Of a stretch of DNA of 64,000 nucleotides, positions 48,346 through 57,054 are shown piece after piece. The position numbers and the translations under genes were made by a program. The stretch is from Fidelibacterota bacterium (GTDB taxonomy: Bacteria > Fidelibacterota > Marinisomatia > Marinisomatales > TCS56), in the NCBI GenBank assembly GCA_043822705.1, contig JBDRBK010000115.1:49993-113992 (forward strand), written 5' to 3'. The first letter of the stretch is position 1, and each line of letters starts with the position of its first letter. The notes beneath the pieces are model-generated. The model was not told the DNA's origin. It did no database searches and worked only from the letters and a program-made list of their open reading frames with translations.

Positions 48346-48755
48346 TGATCGCCTACCAGTATCATACGCGGGTCTTCTACCGGGACGTGGACCAGATGGG
48401 AGTAGTCTATTACAGCCGCTACCTGGAGTATTTTGAGGCCGCCCGCACGGAATTACTGCGCAGCTATGGCCTGAACGTAACGGATATTGAGTCCCGGGGA
48501 TTTTTCCTGCCGGTTTTAACCAGCCACTGCGAATATCATTCCCCGGCCCGGTTCGAAGAAGAACTAGTTGTACATACCGTTATCCCGGCCCTGCCGCGGG
48601 CCCGGCTGCGGATTGAATATCAAGTGCGCTCCCGGGATGGCGTCCGACTGCATGCCAGCGGTTATACCGAACACTGTTTCACCGATCGCGATGGTCGGGC
48701 GGTCCGGCCGCCACAGTTTTTCCTGGCCGCACTGAGAAAGATGCTGCCGGCATGA
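48345..48755 (+). CDS. YbgC/4HBT-family acyl-CoA thioesterase
   Basis: 136 aa with the hotdog-fold signature RVFYRDVDQMGVVYYSRYLEYFE. Confidence 0.8.
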   Translation: MIAYQYHTRVFYRDVDQMGVVYYSRYLEYFEAARTELLRSYGLNVTDIESRGFFLPVLTSHCEYHSPARFEEELVVHTVIPALPRARLRIEYQVRSRDGVRLHASGYTEHCFTDRDGRAVRPPQFFLAALRKMLPA

Positions 48756-49492
48756 GCAACGAACTGTTATTTATCCTCCAGACCATCATCGGACTCAGTT
48801 TTACGCTGATCGCTTTCCGGCTCGGAAAAATCTGGCTGTACGGATATATCGCCATGGCGATTGTGCTGGCGAATATTTTCGTCACCAAGCAATTTGACCT
48901 GTTCGGACTGTCCGCCACCGGCGGTAACGTGGTCTACGGATCGATTTTCCTCGTGACCGATCTGTTGTCGGAGCACTGGGGCCGGGCCGCTGCCCGCCAG
49001 GCCGTGGTGATCGGATTTTTCGCGGCCCTGTTTTACCTGGTCATGTCGCAATTTATCCTGCAGTTCACGCCCAATTCGGTCGATTGGGGCGCCAGTGCCG
49101 GCATGGAGGCGATTTTCTCCGCCGGACCGGCCATCGTGATCGCCAGTCTGGTAGCCTACCTGGTATCCCAGTTTCACGACGTCTGGGCCTTCCACCTGTG
49201 GAAGACCAAACTGGATGGTCGCCATCTCTGGTTGCGTAATAACCTGAGCACTATGGTCAGTCAGGCCCTGGACAGCCTTATTTTCGCCGGATTAGCGTTC
49301 GCGATTCTGCCGGCGCTGTTCGGTCGGACCGAGAATATTTTACCATCGGCGGCGCTGACGGAAGTGATTATCACCACCTATTTATTCAAACTGCTGGTGG
49401 CAGTGATTGACACACCGTTTCTATATTTGAGCTATCGTCTGCAACCGGCCGAACTGCGTAATGGCGCGGTCCGGCCCCAGGAATCCGATTGA
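48752..49492 (+). CDS. yhhQ: Queuosine-precursor transporter (YhhQ/VUT family)
   Basis: Multi-TM protein with GGNVVYGSIFLVTDLLSE and SQALDSLIF motifs. Confidence 0.8.
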   Translation: MSNELLFILQTIIGLSFTLIAFRLGKIWLYGYIAMAIVLANIFVTKQFDLFGLSATGGNVVYGSIFLVTDLLSEHWGRAAARQAVVIGFFAALFYLVMSQFILQFTPNSVDWGASAGMEAIFSAGPAIVIASLVAYLVSQFHDVWAFHLWKTKLDGRHLWLRNNLSTMVSQALDSLIFAGLAFAILPALFGRTENILPSAALTEVIITTYLFKLLVAVIDTPFLYLSYRLQPAELRNGAVRPQESD

Positions 49493-49515
49493 ACGGAACC
49501 GAAAAATCAGGAGAA

Positions 49516-50556
49516 ATGATGAAGAAATCCCTTCTTTGGACCGGAGTACTGCTGTTGATCGCCTGTACGACCAAGGCGCCCCAATATCCCTGGGCGAATC
49601 TGACGTTCCCGGAAGCCCAGGCCGCTGCCGGTGAAAAGCTGATCATGCTGGACTTTTACACCGAATGGTGAGGGTGGTGCAAACGGCTGGATGCCGATGT
49701 ATTCCCCGATCAGAATGTGATCGATTTCGCCGCTGAAAATTTAATCAGCCTGAAAATTGATGCCGAAAAAGATGCCGGCCCGGAGCTGCGTGATCGTTTT
49801 CGTCTGCCAGGCTATCCCACAATTGTATTCACCAACGCCGCCGGCAACGAAGTGGACCGGATCGTCGGTTATCGTCCGGTCGATATTTTCCTGGCCGAGT
49901 TGACCAGAATCCGGGCTAACCGCGGCACCATTGCCGACCTGACTGCCCGCTTCGAGGCCAGTCCCGCGACCGACTCGCTGGCGGTGCGGATTGCGGAAAA
50001 ATATGAGGAGCGCCAGGATCGGCTGGCGGCGCTGTCTTACTGGTTGAAGGCGCTGAATATCCCCGATGGCGATCAGGAAATGGCCCGTTACCGGGTCGCT
50101 TCCAATCAAACCCTGCTGACAGAATCGGACCGGTCCCTGAAGGAATATCTGGCCAGTAGTGCCGATGAGACTTATTTCGCCGATGCCTATAATGTACTGC
50201 AGCGGTTTTACCGTAGTCAGAAGGACACGTCAGCCGAAGTGGATATCTATGTCCGGTTGATGGAATTTCTGGAGCACGAGTCCGCCGCCACTTCCGCCGA
50301 TCTGAACGGCTATGCCTGGCGGATGTCGCAACTGGGAATCAACCTCGAAGACGCTCTGATTAAGATTCGTAAAGCGGTCGCTCTGGCTGCTGACAAATTG
50401 CCGGAAGATCGGGCCGGCTTAATGGATACGGAAGCGGAGGTGCTCTGGAAACTGGGGCGTAGCGCTGAAGCGCTGGCGATCATCGAACAGTGCATCAAAC
50501 TTCAGCCGGAAGACCAGTATTTCAAGGATCAGAAAGCCAAGTTTCAGAAACAGTAA
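49516..50556 (+). CDS. Thioredoxin-fold lipoprotein with a TPR-like C-terminal region; the in-frame UGA at 49669-49671 is read as selenocysteine (U-G-W-C redox motif)
   Basis: ORFs 49489-49671 and 49717-50556 are in the same frame. Read-through gives LIMLDFYTEW-U-GWCKRLD...GYPTIVF, a complete Trx fold. Lipobox LLLIAC, with AGGAG upstream of the ATG at 49516. A candidate SECIS-like hairpin lies at 49684-49696. Confidence 0.7.
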
Positions 50557-50581
50557 TTCGCTATAATTTAATTATTGAAAT

Positions 50582-50616
50582 CGGATGCCATCAGCCGGTT
50601 GGGCTGATGGCATCCG
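50582..50616. terminator. Perfect 15-bp-stem hairpin between convergent genes
   Basis: CGGATGCCATCAGCC-GGTTG-GGCTGATGGCATCCG. An AT-rich tract lies on the minus-strand downstream side. Confidence 0.7.
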
Positions 50617-50621
50617 CGCGT

Positions 50622-50786
50622 TTAGAAGATATTGATTCGAATCACTTCCAGGATCAATCCCAGCATGAACAGCGATCCCCAACGCCGGTTATGATAGAAG
50701 GTCTGGCCGACGAGCCAGATCGAATGGTAACCGAGAATAAAGTCATTGCCAGAACCGTTGCCCTGATACTGCCCGTTACCGATCAT
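50622..50786 (-). CDS. Possible small membrane protein (54 aa), below the ORF-track cut-off
   Basis: Its ATG overlaps the stop of the GFA gene (AATGATCGGTAA). The hydrophobic C-terminal half is WGSLFMLGLILEVI, and the gene ends just before the hairpin. Confidence 0.35.
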   Translation of the reverse strand: MIGNGQYQGNGSGNDFILGYHSIWLVGQTFYHNRRWGSLFMLGLILEVIRINIF

Positions 50787-51195
50787 TCAAGTCCGGATCG
50801 ACTTGGCGCGGTAAATCGTCATTGAATTCGAGCCAGTCCACGTGGGTGTCGAAATAGACGTGGATCGTCGGTTGCCGATCGATGGGGTCGTTCATATTGG
50901 ACAGGGAAATGTGCATTTCACTGGGCCATTTGGTCGATCTGAACAGAATTTGACTGCCGCAGGTTGTGCAGAATCCGCGTTGCGATTCCGGTGCTGAAAA
51001 ATACCATTTAACCTGCTCTTCTCCGGCGATGAAGCGGAATTGTTCGGTGGCGACCCCGAACCAGGTCACGAAAGCGGCTCCGTGGCTGCGGCGGCAGAGG
51101 GTGCAGTGGCAGTGGGCGCACCATTTAGTGGGCAGGGTGATTTCAAATTTGACGGCGCCGCAGAGGCAGGCGCCGGCGGCGGTAGTTTCTGGCAT
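50776..51195 (-). CDS. GFA (glutathione-dependent formaldehyde-activating / CENP-V-like) family protein
   Basis: CLCGAVKF and CHCTLCRRSHG zinc-binding Cys pattern, plus a later CTTCGS. Confidence 0.8.
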   Translation of the reverse strand: MPETTAAGACLCGAVKFEITLPTKWCAHCHCTLCRRSHGAAFVTWFGVATEQFRFIAGEEQVKWYFSAPESQRGFCTTCGSQILFRSTKWPSEMHISLSNMNDPIDRQPTIHVYFDTHVDWLEFNDDLPRQVDPDLNDR

Positions 51196-51266
51196 CGGTT
51201 TACTCCTTGACTATTTGAATCGCAAACCGGCAGACCGGATCGCCCTGCAGGACGCTTTGCAGCAGT

Positions 51267-51767
51267 TCAACCGTCACCGGCCGGCCGGTGATCGTTTCCC
51301 AGATATTCCATCAGATTACCGCTTTTGGGAATTTTAGTGGCGATGATCCGCTCCCCGTCGATGATACCGGCGGCGCCCCAGCCCTGAGCGACGATCCAGT
51401 CTACAGCGGTTGCATCTAATTCCAGCACATTGCGGAGATACGACTCGAACTGTGCCTGCAACAGCCGCTGGGCGCCGGCCAGGTCGGCGGTATTCCGGTA
51501 GTAGGCGGCAATTGGTTCCAAATTCTCGACCGGGTAATGACAGGCACAGCGGGTCATCACAGCACGGCAGGTGATTGCAGGTAGTGACCGGTCTAGTCGC
51601 GCCATGGCAGCACAGGACCATTCGATAATTTCGACGGTGGTCGATTCATCGGATAGATTTTCATTACCGGTGGCGATTTGCCGACGGATTTCCGGTCCGG
51701 CTACCGCATCCAGGGCGCTGCCGAATTTCCGTTGCCAAGCCTGCTCGAAATCGGGTCGGTCAGTCAT
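51267..51767 (-). CDS. Hypothetical Cys-containing protein, apparently truncated by a frameshift near its 3' end
   Basis: 166-aa ORF. A second frame continues with coding-like sequence down to 51200. See the corresponding finding. Confidence 0.55.
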   Translation of the reverse strand: MTDRPDFEQAWQRKFGSALDAVAGPEIRRQIATGNENLSDESTTVEIIEWSCAAMARLDRSLPAITCRAVMTRCACHYPVENLEPIAAYYRNTADLAGAQRLLQAQFESYLRNVLELDATAVDWIVAQGWGAAGIIDGERIIATKIPKSGNLMEYLGNDHRPAGDG

Positions 51768-53370
51768 TTTCGATCCAGATCGGGTTAGACAGGCAGCGCC
51801 TACCGCTGGTGGTAGTCAAGGCGGCCCGTAGGTACCCCGAACCTCGGGGAAAGTCCAGCGCCTGCTTTGTTTCGGTCCGGAACTGCCCGTCGGACCAGTG
51901 CCTGGTCAATACCAGTTTTTCGCTGGTATCACCAATATGACCGTGATAAACCAGCAATTCGCGCAAGGCGCCGAATTCCACTGACGATCGACACTCGGCC
52001 AGCAGGGTAAATTGCCCGCCGGGAATGACGTCGCCCAGCGAATACTCGCGGTCGGTGACGGCGGTCAGTAACAGGGCTGGTCCGTCGCTGACGATGCAGC
52101 GCCCCCGACGGATTCCTGTCAGGATATTTCCCGCAGTCAATTCGCCCGAACGCAGGACGCCGGTGCGCCAGCGCCCCAGAATCTGGTCGCCGTGGTGGCG
52201 GGTGCTGACCATGGGCAGGCCGATCTGGTGAAAATGATTGAAATTACCGTGGGCATCGTTACCGGCAACAATGGTGGTGCGCCGCCCGGACAACAGCAGC
52301 CGTATCCAGTGACGCAGACCGCGATGGGCGCCCCTGTCCCAGGCGCCGTTGACGATCTGGAATCCGGCCAGACCGGCCGTGCTCCGGTCCGCCTGCTCCC
52401 AGCGACCGCGGCGGATCAGCAGCCATTCCAGCGGCGGTGTTACCACGCCGGGATGGGCCGCGATCGCCAGTGCGTCCGGTCCCAGCAATTTGAGCACGCC
52501 GGCGATGTCGTGCTCGGACCGGTTTTGTCCCCAGACTTCGGCGCCGTCGCCGGAACCGGCGATGAAATCAGCATGGTTATATACCAGCAGGTGGACGTTG
52601 CGACCGCGGGCATTGCGCACCGTGACCTCTTCCGCCGGCAGCAGGAGCAGTCCGGCACTGGTGTTGAGTGCCGCGATTTCAGTCCGAGACCGTCGCCATT
52701 TTTGCAGCTCCGGGTCATTGATTTTCCAGGAGTCGTTGGTGTTGTCCAGGTCGTAGGAATGGTCGGAGACGGCCACAAAGTCGAGGCCCAGGGCGGCGGC
52801 GGCGGACCGGGTTGCTGTCAGCGGTGCGCCGAATTCGACGAAATCTTCGGTGAATGAGCTGTGATAATGTAGGTCGCCCCAGAAATATTCCGTAGCTCCC
52901 GGCAATGGCTCGGCGGCAATGGTGGTCAGCAGCGGAAAGGCAGGCGAAGTCGGCACATTATGGTTGCGGACGCATTTGGGCCGGCCGTTGATTCGATAGG
53001 CGATGTCGGCGGCGATTGTCACCGGATCGGTCAACTCGCCGGTGGCGATGGTGATGATATCCTCGAACCAGGGATCGGTCAGCCGCCGGGAATATTTCTT
53101 TTCAGTGACGATTTTACCACCGTTGTCGTCGGTCAGCACCAGGCGGACGTCCAGCAGGGTGATCGGGAAGCGGTGGGCATCCTTGATCAGGATCGTGACC
53201 GGCAGCGGCTGCCCCGGATTCAGGCGATGGGGGGCGTCGGCCAGGATTTCCGGCTCGCGACGGAAATAGCGGCTGAACGGGAAGAACCGGAAACGGTAGT
53301 GCATTTCCAGGTAACCGATAAAAATCAGCGACCAAAGCCAGTCCGGATTCATCTGATATTCGATTATCAT
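51760..53370 (-). CDS. PHP-domain metal-dependent phosphoesterase-like protein with an N-terminal membrane segment
   Basis: GDLHYHSSF, AVSDHSY, HLLVYN, AAHP and GNDAHG histidine/aspartate motifs typical of the PHP fold. Confidence 0.6.
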   Translation of the reverse strand: MIIEYQMNPDWLWSLIFIGYLEMHYRFRFFPFSRYFRREPEILADAPHRLNPGQPLPVTILIKDAHRFPITLLDVRLVLTDDNGGKIVTEKKYSRRLTDPWFEDIITIATGELTDPVTIAADIAYRINGRPKCVRNHNVPTSPAFPLLTTIAAEPLPGATEYFWGDLHYHSSFTEDFVEFGAPLTATRSAAAALGLDFVAVSDHSYDLDNTNDSWKINDPELQKWRRSRTEIAALNTSAGLLLLPAEEVTVRNARGRNVHLLVYNHADFIAGSGDGAEVWGQNRSEHDIAGVLKLLGPDALAIAAHPGVVTPPLEWLLIRRGRWEQADRSTAGLAGFQIVNGAWDRGAHRGLRHWIRLLLSGRRTTIVAGNDAHGNFNHFHQIGLPMVSTRHHGDQILGRWRTGVLRSGELTAGNILTGIRRGRCIVSDGPALLLTAVTDREYSLGDVIPGGQFTLLAECRSSVEFGALRELLVYHGHIGDTSEKLVLTRHWSDGQFRTETKQALDFPRGSGYLRAALTTTSGRRCLSNPIWIEND

Positions 53371-53831
53371 TGAATTAATAGCACCTGATTAGGCGCCTGA
53401 GAGTGCTGGAAAGATATTTGAGAAATATGAGAAATGGAATTGGTTTTACGATTAATAAGCTGGATATCTTTCCTTTACTCGTTCAATGCAGTCAACGCCG
53501 AAATCCAATTTATACCGCGGTGGATTCCAGTCGATTCCCAGTTCTGCGTTGAAATGCGGTACATGTTCTATTTATTGGTTAGAAATGGAAAGAAATGCCC
53601 AATAAAACATTCTTTGGTTCAATATGGTATGATTGCCATTTCTGCGTGGTTTTTCGGTCAAGGGTATAGCCTTGGTCCAAGTCGTTGGATTTCCAGTAAC
53701 CAAGAATATTTTCTTCAAATGAATAAAAGAATAGGGTGCCGTATTCAGCATTAATGCTCAGCGAGGATGAAATAAAATATTCTATTCCAATAATGGTTGA
53801 TATACCAACTGCAAAATAGTTATTTGTTTTT

Positions 53832-54639
53832 GGTGATTATGCATTTTTCGGACCAAGTGTTGAATTCATTTGGTTATGCTGGAAATCATTAGAAAAATAA
53901 TAGCTGGGAAACAGTGTCCGAAATGTGGTCATAAAACGTTGTACGTACTTAAAGACAAGCGCTTCAAATGTAGTGGGTGCAGCCACAAATACAGTCCCAG
54001 TCCGATTGCGAAGGACCTCCAACTTCTTCATTACTTCAGCTTGGAAATTCCGGCCAATAAAGCATCCAAAGACCTTGGTTGGAGTTACCACAAGGTTAAA
54101 AACCACTATATGAATTACCGCCTGGATATTTTTGATTATCTGGTAGAGGAATATCGTAAACTGTCTGGTGAAATTGAATGTGATGAATCTTATTTTGGTG
54201 GACGAAGAAAGGGACCACGGGGACGTGGTTCTCGAGAGAAAGTAAAGGTATTCGGGATGTTGGAACGTCAGGGTAGAATACTCACCGCAATTGTTGATAA
54301 CGTCTCTGCCGAAACTCTTATGAATGAGATCAGACAACATGCTGAAAAAGGAAGTGTGTTTTACACTGATAAGTTTAAATCCTATAAATCTTTGAGATTT
54401 TACGGCAAACATCTCACAGTTGATCATGGGAAAGAATTTGGGAATGGAAGACGGCATATTAATGGACTTGAAGGCTTTTGGTCCTTTGCCAAAGAAAGAC
54501 TTTTGAAGTACCATGGAGTTAGTAAATCCTACTTCCATTTATACCTCAAAGAAATGGAATTCAGGTATAACTACAGAAAGGAAAATCTCTATCAAAAACT
54601 GGTCAATATTCACTTTGGTCCGAATTTTAACTAATTACC
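53832..54639 (+). mobile_element. IS1595-family insertion sequence (~808 bp) with imperfect terminal inverted repeats and an 8-bp target-site duplication TTGTTTTT
   Basis: TSD copies at 53824-53831 and 54640-54647. The left end is GGTGATTATGCATTTTTCGGACCAAGTG, and the reverse complement of the right end is GGTAATTAGTTAAAATTCGGACCAAAGTG. Confidence 0.8.
53876..54634 (+). CDS. IS1595-family (ISXO2-like DDE) transposase
   Basis: N-terminal zinc ribbon CPKCGHK...CSGCSHK, then IECDESYFGGRRKGPRGRG...VFGMLERQG...FYTDKFKSY...VDH. Confidence 0.85.
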   Translation: MLEIIRKIIAGKQCPKCGHKTLYVLKDKRFKCSGCSHKYSPSPIAKDLQLLHYFSLEIPANKASKDLGWSYHKVKNHYMNYRLDIFDYLVEEYRKLSGEIECDESYFGGRRKGPRGRGSREKVKVFGMLERQGRILTAIVDNVSAETLMNEIRQHAEKGSVFYTDKFKSYKSLRFYGKHLTVDHGKEFGNGRRHINGLEGFWSFAKERLLKYHGVSKSYFHLYLKEMEFRYNYRKENLYQKLVNIHFGPNFN

Positions 54640-55168
54640 TTGTTTTTTTATCTAAATAATAGCCGCCAGCTTTTGAATACTCAAATTCTTCTGTGGACTT
54701 ACTGTAGCCAAAGTAAGGACCAATACCATATAATGGTTTTATATCACTAACGGTTTTTCCATAGCGGTTGAAATGGTTGGTGAGTACAATATCCAGCAGG
54801 TCTTTTTTCCGGTCGCAGCCGCCGGTTATATTATTACTTTCTTTACCGATTGATTTAGAGTAGGTAAAACTTAAGCCAATATCTCTGGATCGTTTTGGTC
54901 CATTGTAAACACGATATGTCAGGTTGAGTCCATTGTAGTCTGACAAGTTAATATCTTTTTCTACACCAAATTGGAGGGCGCGAGTCCTTGTGAAGACTGA
55001 ATTATCAGTTGCTTTCCCAGTCGAAAAACCGATTGTGCAAAAGCAAAACAGCACTACCTTGGCAACCGTCAGACATGTAATATTCATAGCCTAATCCCCA
55101 TTTAAAAAAGGTTGGTTTAAATCGTCATTTTACACGGTGATGCAGATTAAATATACTTAGTAATATTG

Positions 55169-55546
55169 TTACTGATCAGCATATTTGTTTCCGGATAAAG
55201 CCAGTCGGTAATACCAACTGATTAAAAACAATCCACCGATCAGGAACAGCGGTCCCGAGATACCGAAATAAGCGCTGATATGAAACCGCCCCCAGGCCCA
55301 GACAATATAGAAAATCCCCAATCCGATATAGGCCACGGCACCAATCCAGGGCCGGCGCCAGGCCAGGATCAGGACAATCACGACCAGGTAGGTCGGTATC
55401 AGGTGAATCAGAAAAGCCGCAATCGATTTCCAGAATCCATTGCCTGCGCCGAAGGAATCCAGGGCAAATAAGCTGATAAACAGGGCAAAAATAATTGTGA
55501 TGATGCGGGGGGTCCAGAGCAGAATTTTTGTGGTACGATTATTCAT
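55169..55546 (-). CDS. Hypothetical 4-TM membrane protein
   Basis: Hydrophobic ORF. The ATG at 55546 (MNNRTTKILLW) is preferred over 55594. Confidence 0.55.
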   Translation of the reverse strand: MNNRTTKILLWTPRIITIIFALFISLFALDSFGAGNGFWKSIAAFLIHLIPTYLVVIVLILAWRRPWIGAVAYIGLGIFYIVWAWGRFHISAYFGISGPLFLIGGLFLISWYYRLALSGNKYADQ

Positions 55547-55764
55547 ACTGTTTACTCCAGAATTTCTGGTTTTAAACCTGTCGCCACCAGACAAGATCGA
55601 CTGGCACTAATTAAATGTACCAATTAATCTCACTTATAACCAAAAGGATTGAAATTGACCGACTGTGATCTAATCGTGCTCAACCAGTGGTGTTCAGCAA
55701 TCGTTGGAATTGTACAGGTTATAATCAGCGCAACCTGTACGGTCTGTGGTTTAATTTCCGGCCA

Positions 55765-57054
55765 ATGAAAATCATTGCTATCGAACCGGACAGCCTGGGG
55801 GCCGAACTGGAACTGCAACCCGGAGATGAATTGGAAGCAATCAACGGTGAGAAGGTGCGCGATATTGTTGATTTTCGGTTTCGGATCGCCAGCGAAGAGG
55901 TCACCCTGCGGTTTCGCAGCGGTGAGACGGTGGCGGAATTCGATATCGAAAAGGATTATGACGACGATCTGGGCCTGACGTTTGAAGATTTGAAAATCCG
56001 CAAATGCGCCAACGACTGCATCTTCTGTTTCGTCGACCAGAATCCCTCCGGGATGCGCCCGGCGCTGTACTTTCGTGATGGCGACTACCGCCTGTCTTTT
56101 CTGCACGGTCATTATGTGACGCTGACCAACATGGGTCCGAAGGAACTGCAGCGGGTAGTGGACCAGCGCCTGTCGCCGCTGTACATCTCGGTGCATGTCA
56201 CCGATTCCGATAAACGGCTGGCGATGTTTCTCTACGGCAAGGACGACAAACTGCTGGACAAGCTGGAATTTCTGACCGCCAACGGCATCGCCCTGCATAC
56301 CCAGATCGTACTCTGTCCCGGCTGGAACGACGATGCTTTTCTGGAGCAGACCCTGGCCGATCTGGCGCGCTTCTCGCCACGGATACTGTCGATCGCGATC
56401 GTCCCGGTGGGCCTCACCAAACACCGCGAAGGACTGCCATTCATCCCGGCGGTGGATCAGGAATACGCCCGGAATTTCATTGCTACCGCCTGTCAGTTGG
56501 ATCGGCAGTACCGCAGTCCCGCAGGCGAACGGCTGATTTTTCTCAGCGATGAATGGTTCATCCGGGCGGGCGTCAATCTACCCGATTCCGCTTACTATGG
56601 CGATTTCGCCCAGGTCGAGAACGGCGTGGGGCAGGTCCGGGATTTTCTGAACACCTGGAAGGCCGATTTCAAGCCGGCCAAAATCCGATTGAAGCAACCG
56701 ACCAGGATTACCATCGGTTCCGGGTACCTGATCGAGCCGGTGTTTCGTGATCAGTTTGTACCGCACCTGCAGGCGGTTGACAACCTGGCGGTGGATTACG
56801 TGCCGATCCGCAATGATTTCTATGGTGAATCGGTAACGGTCACCGGCCTGCTGACCGGTGGTGATATCGTGGCCCAGTTGCGGGGACGGGAACTGGGGGA
56901 TATGGTTATATTCAGTGAACGAATTTTAAGCGAAACCGGGGTCGTGACCCTGGATGATATGAGTCTGGAAACAATGACAACAGAATTAGGCGTGCCGGTG
57001 AAAGTGGTGGGCGACCATCCGCGGGAATTTTTCAGGGCGGTGAGCGGTGGCTAA
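55765..57054 (+). CDS. DUF512 family protein (PDZ + radical-SAM-like domain)
   Basis: N-terminal PDZ (LQPGDELEAINGEKV) and a CIFCFVDQ Cys motif. Lies immediately upstream of der, a known conserved pairing. Confidence 0.7.
   Translation: MKIIAIEPDSLGAELELQPGDELEAINGEKVRDIVDFRFRIASEEVTLRFRSGETVAEFDIEKDYDDDLGLTFEDLKIRKCANDCIFCFVDQNPSGMRPALYFRDGDYRLSFLHGHYVTLTNMGPKELQRVVDQRLSPLYISVHVTDSDKRLAMFLYGKDDKLLDKLEFLTANGIALHTQIVLCPGWNDDAFLEQTLADLARFSPRILSIAIVPVGLTKHREGLPFIPAVDQEYARNFIATACQLDRQYRSPAGERLIFLSDEWFIRAGVNLPDSAYYGDFAQVENGVGQVRDFLNTWKADFKPAKIRLKQPTRITIGSGYLIEPVFRDQFVPHLQAVDNLAVDYVPIRNDFYGESVTVTGLLTGGDIVAQLRGRELGDMVIFSERILSETGVVTLDDMSLETMTTELGVPVKVVGDHPREFFRAVSGG

Larger units (their letters stand above)
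53579..55087 (-). pseudogene. Small beta-barrel outer-membrane protein gene split by an IS insertion (N-terminal part 54640-55087, C-terminal part 53579-53831)
   Basis: The N-terminal part has a signal peptide. The C-terminal part ends ...NVLLGISFHF-stop, a classic OMP terminus. Removing the IS and one TSD copy rejoins the two parts in frame (..YYLDKKTNNYFAVGIST..). Confidence 0.8.

Noticed and set aside
49489-49671. Treating 49489-49671 (60 aa) and 49717-50556 (279 aa) as two separate genes
   Set aside because: They share the same frame, and the break falls inside a thioredoxin CxxC motif and fold. A single selenoprotein gene is the more economical reading (see the finding).
50490-50825. 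111-aa plus-strand ORF spanning the end of the thioredoxin-like gene and the intergenic hairpin
   Set aside because: It runs through a 15-bp perfect terminator-like hairpin and overlaps better-supported genes on both strands.
53434-53754. 106-aa plus-strand ORF in the AT-rich segment
   Set aside because: The minus strand here encodes the C-terminal half of the IS-disrupted OMP and ends in a canonical ...GISFHF terminus. The plus-strand ORF is its shadow.
53837-54538. 233-aa minus-strand ORF
   Set aside because: It is antisense to the clearly recognisable IS1595-family transposase gene.
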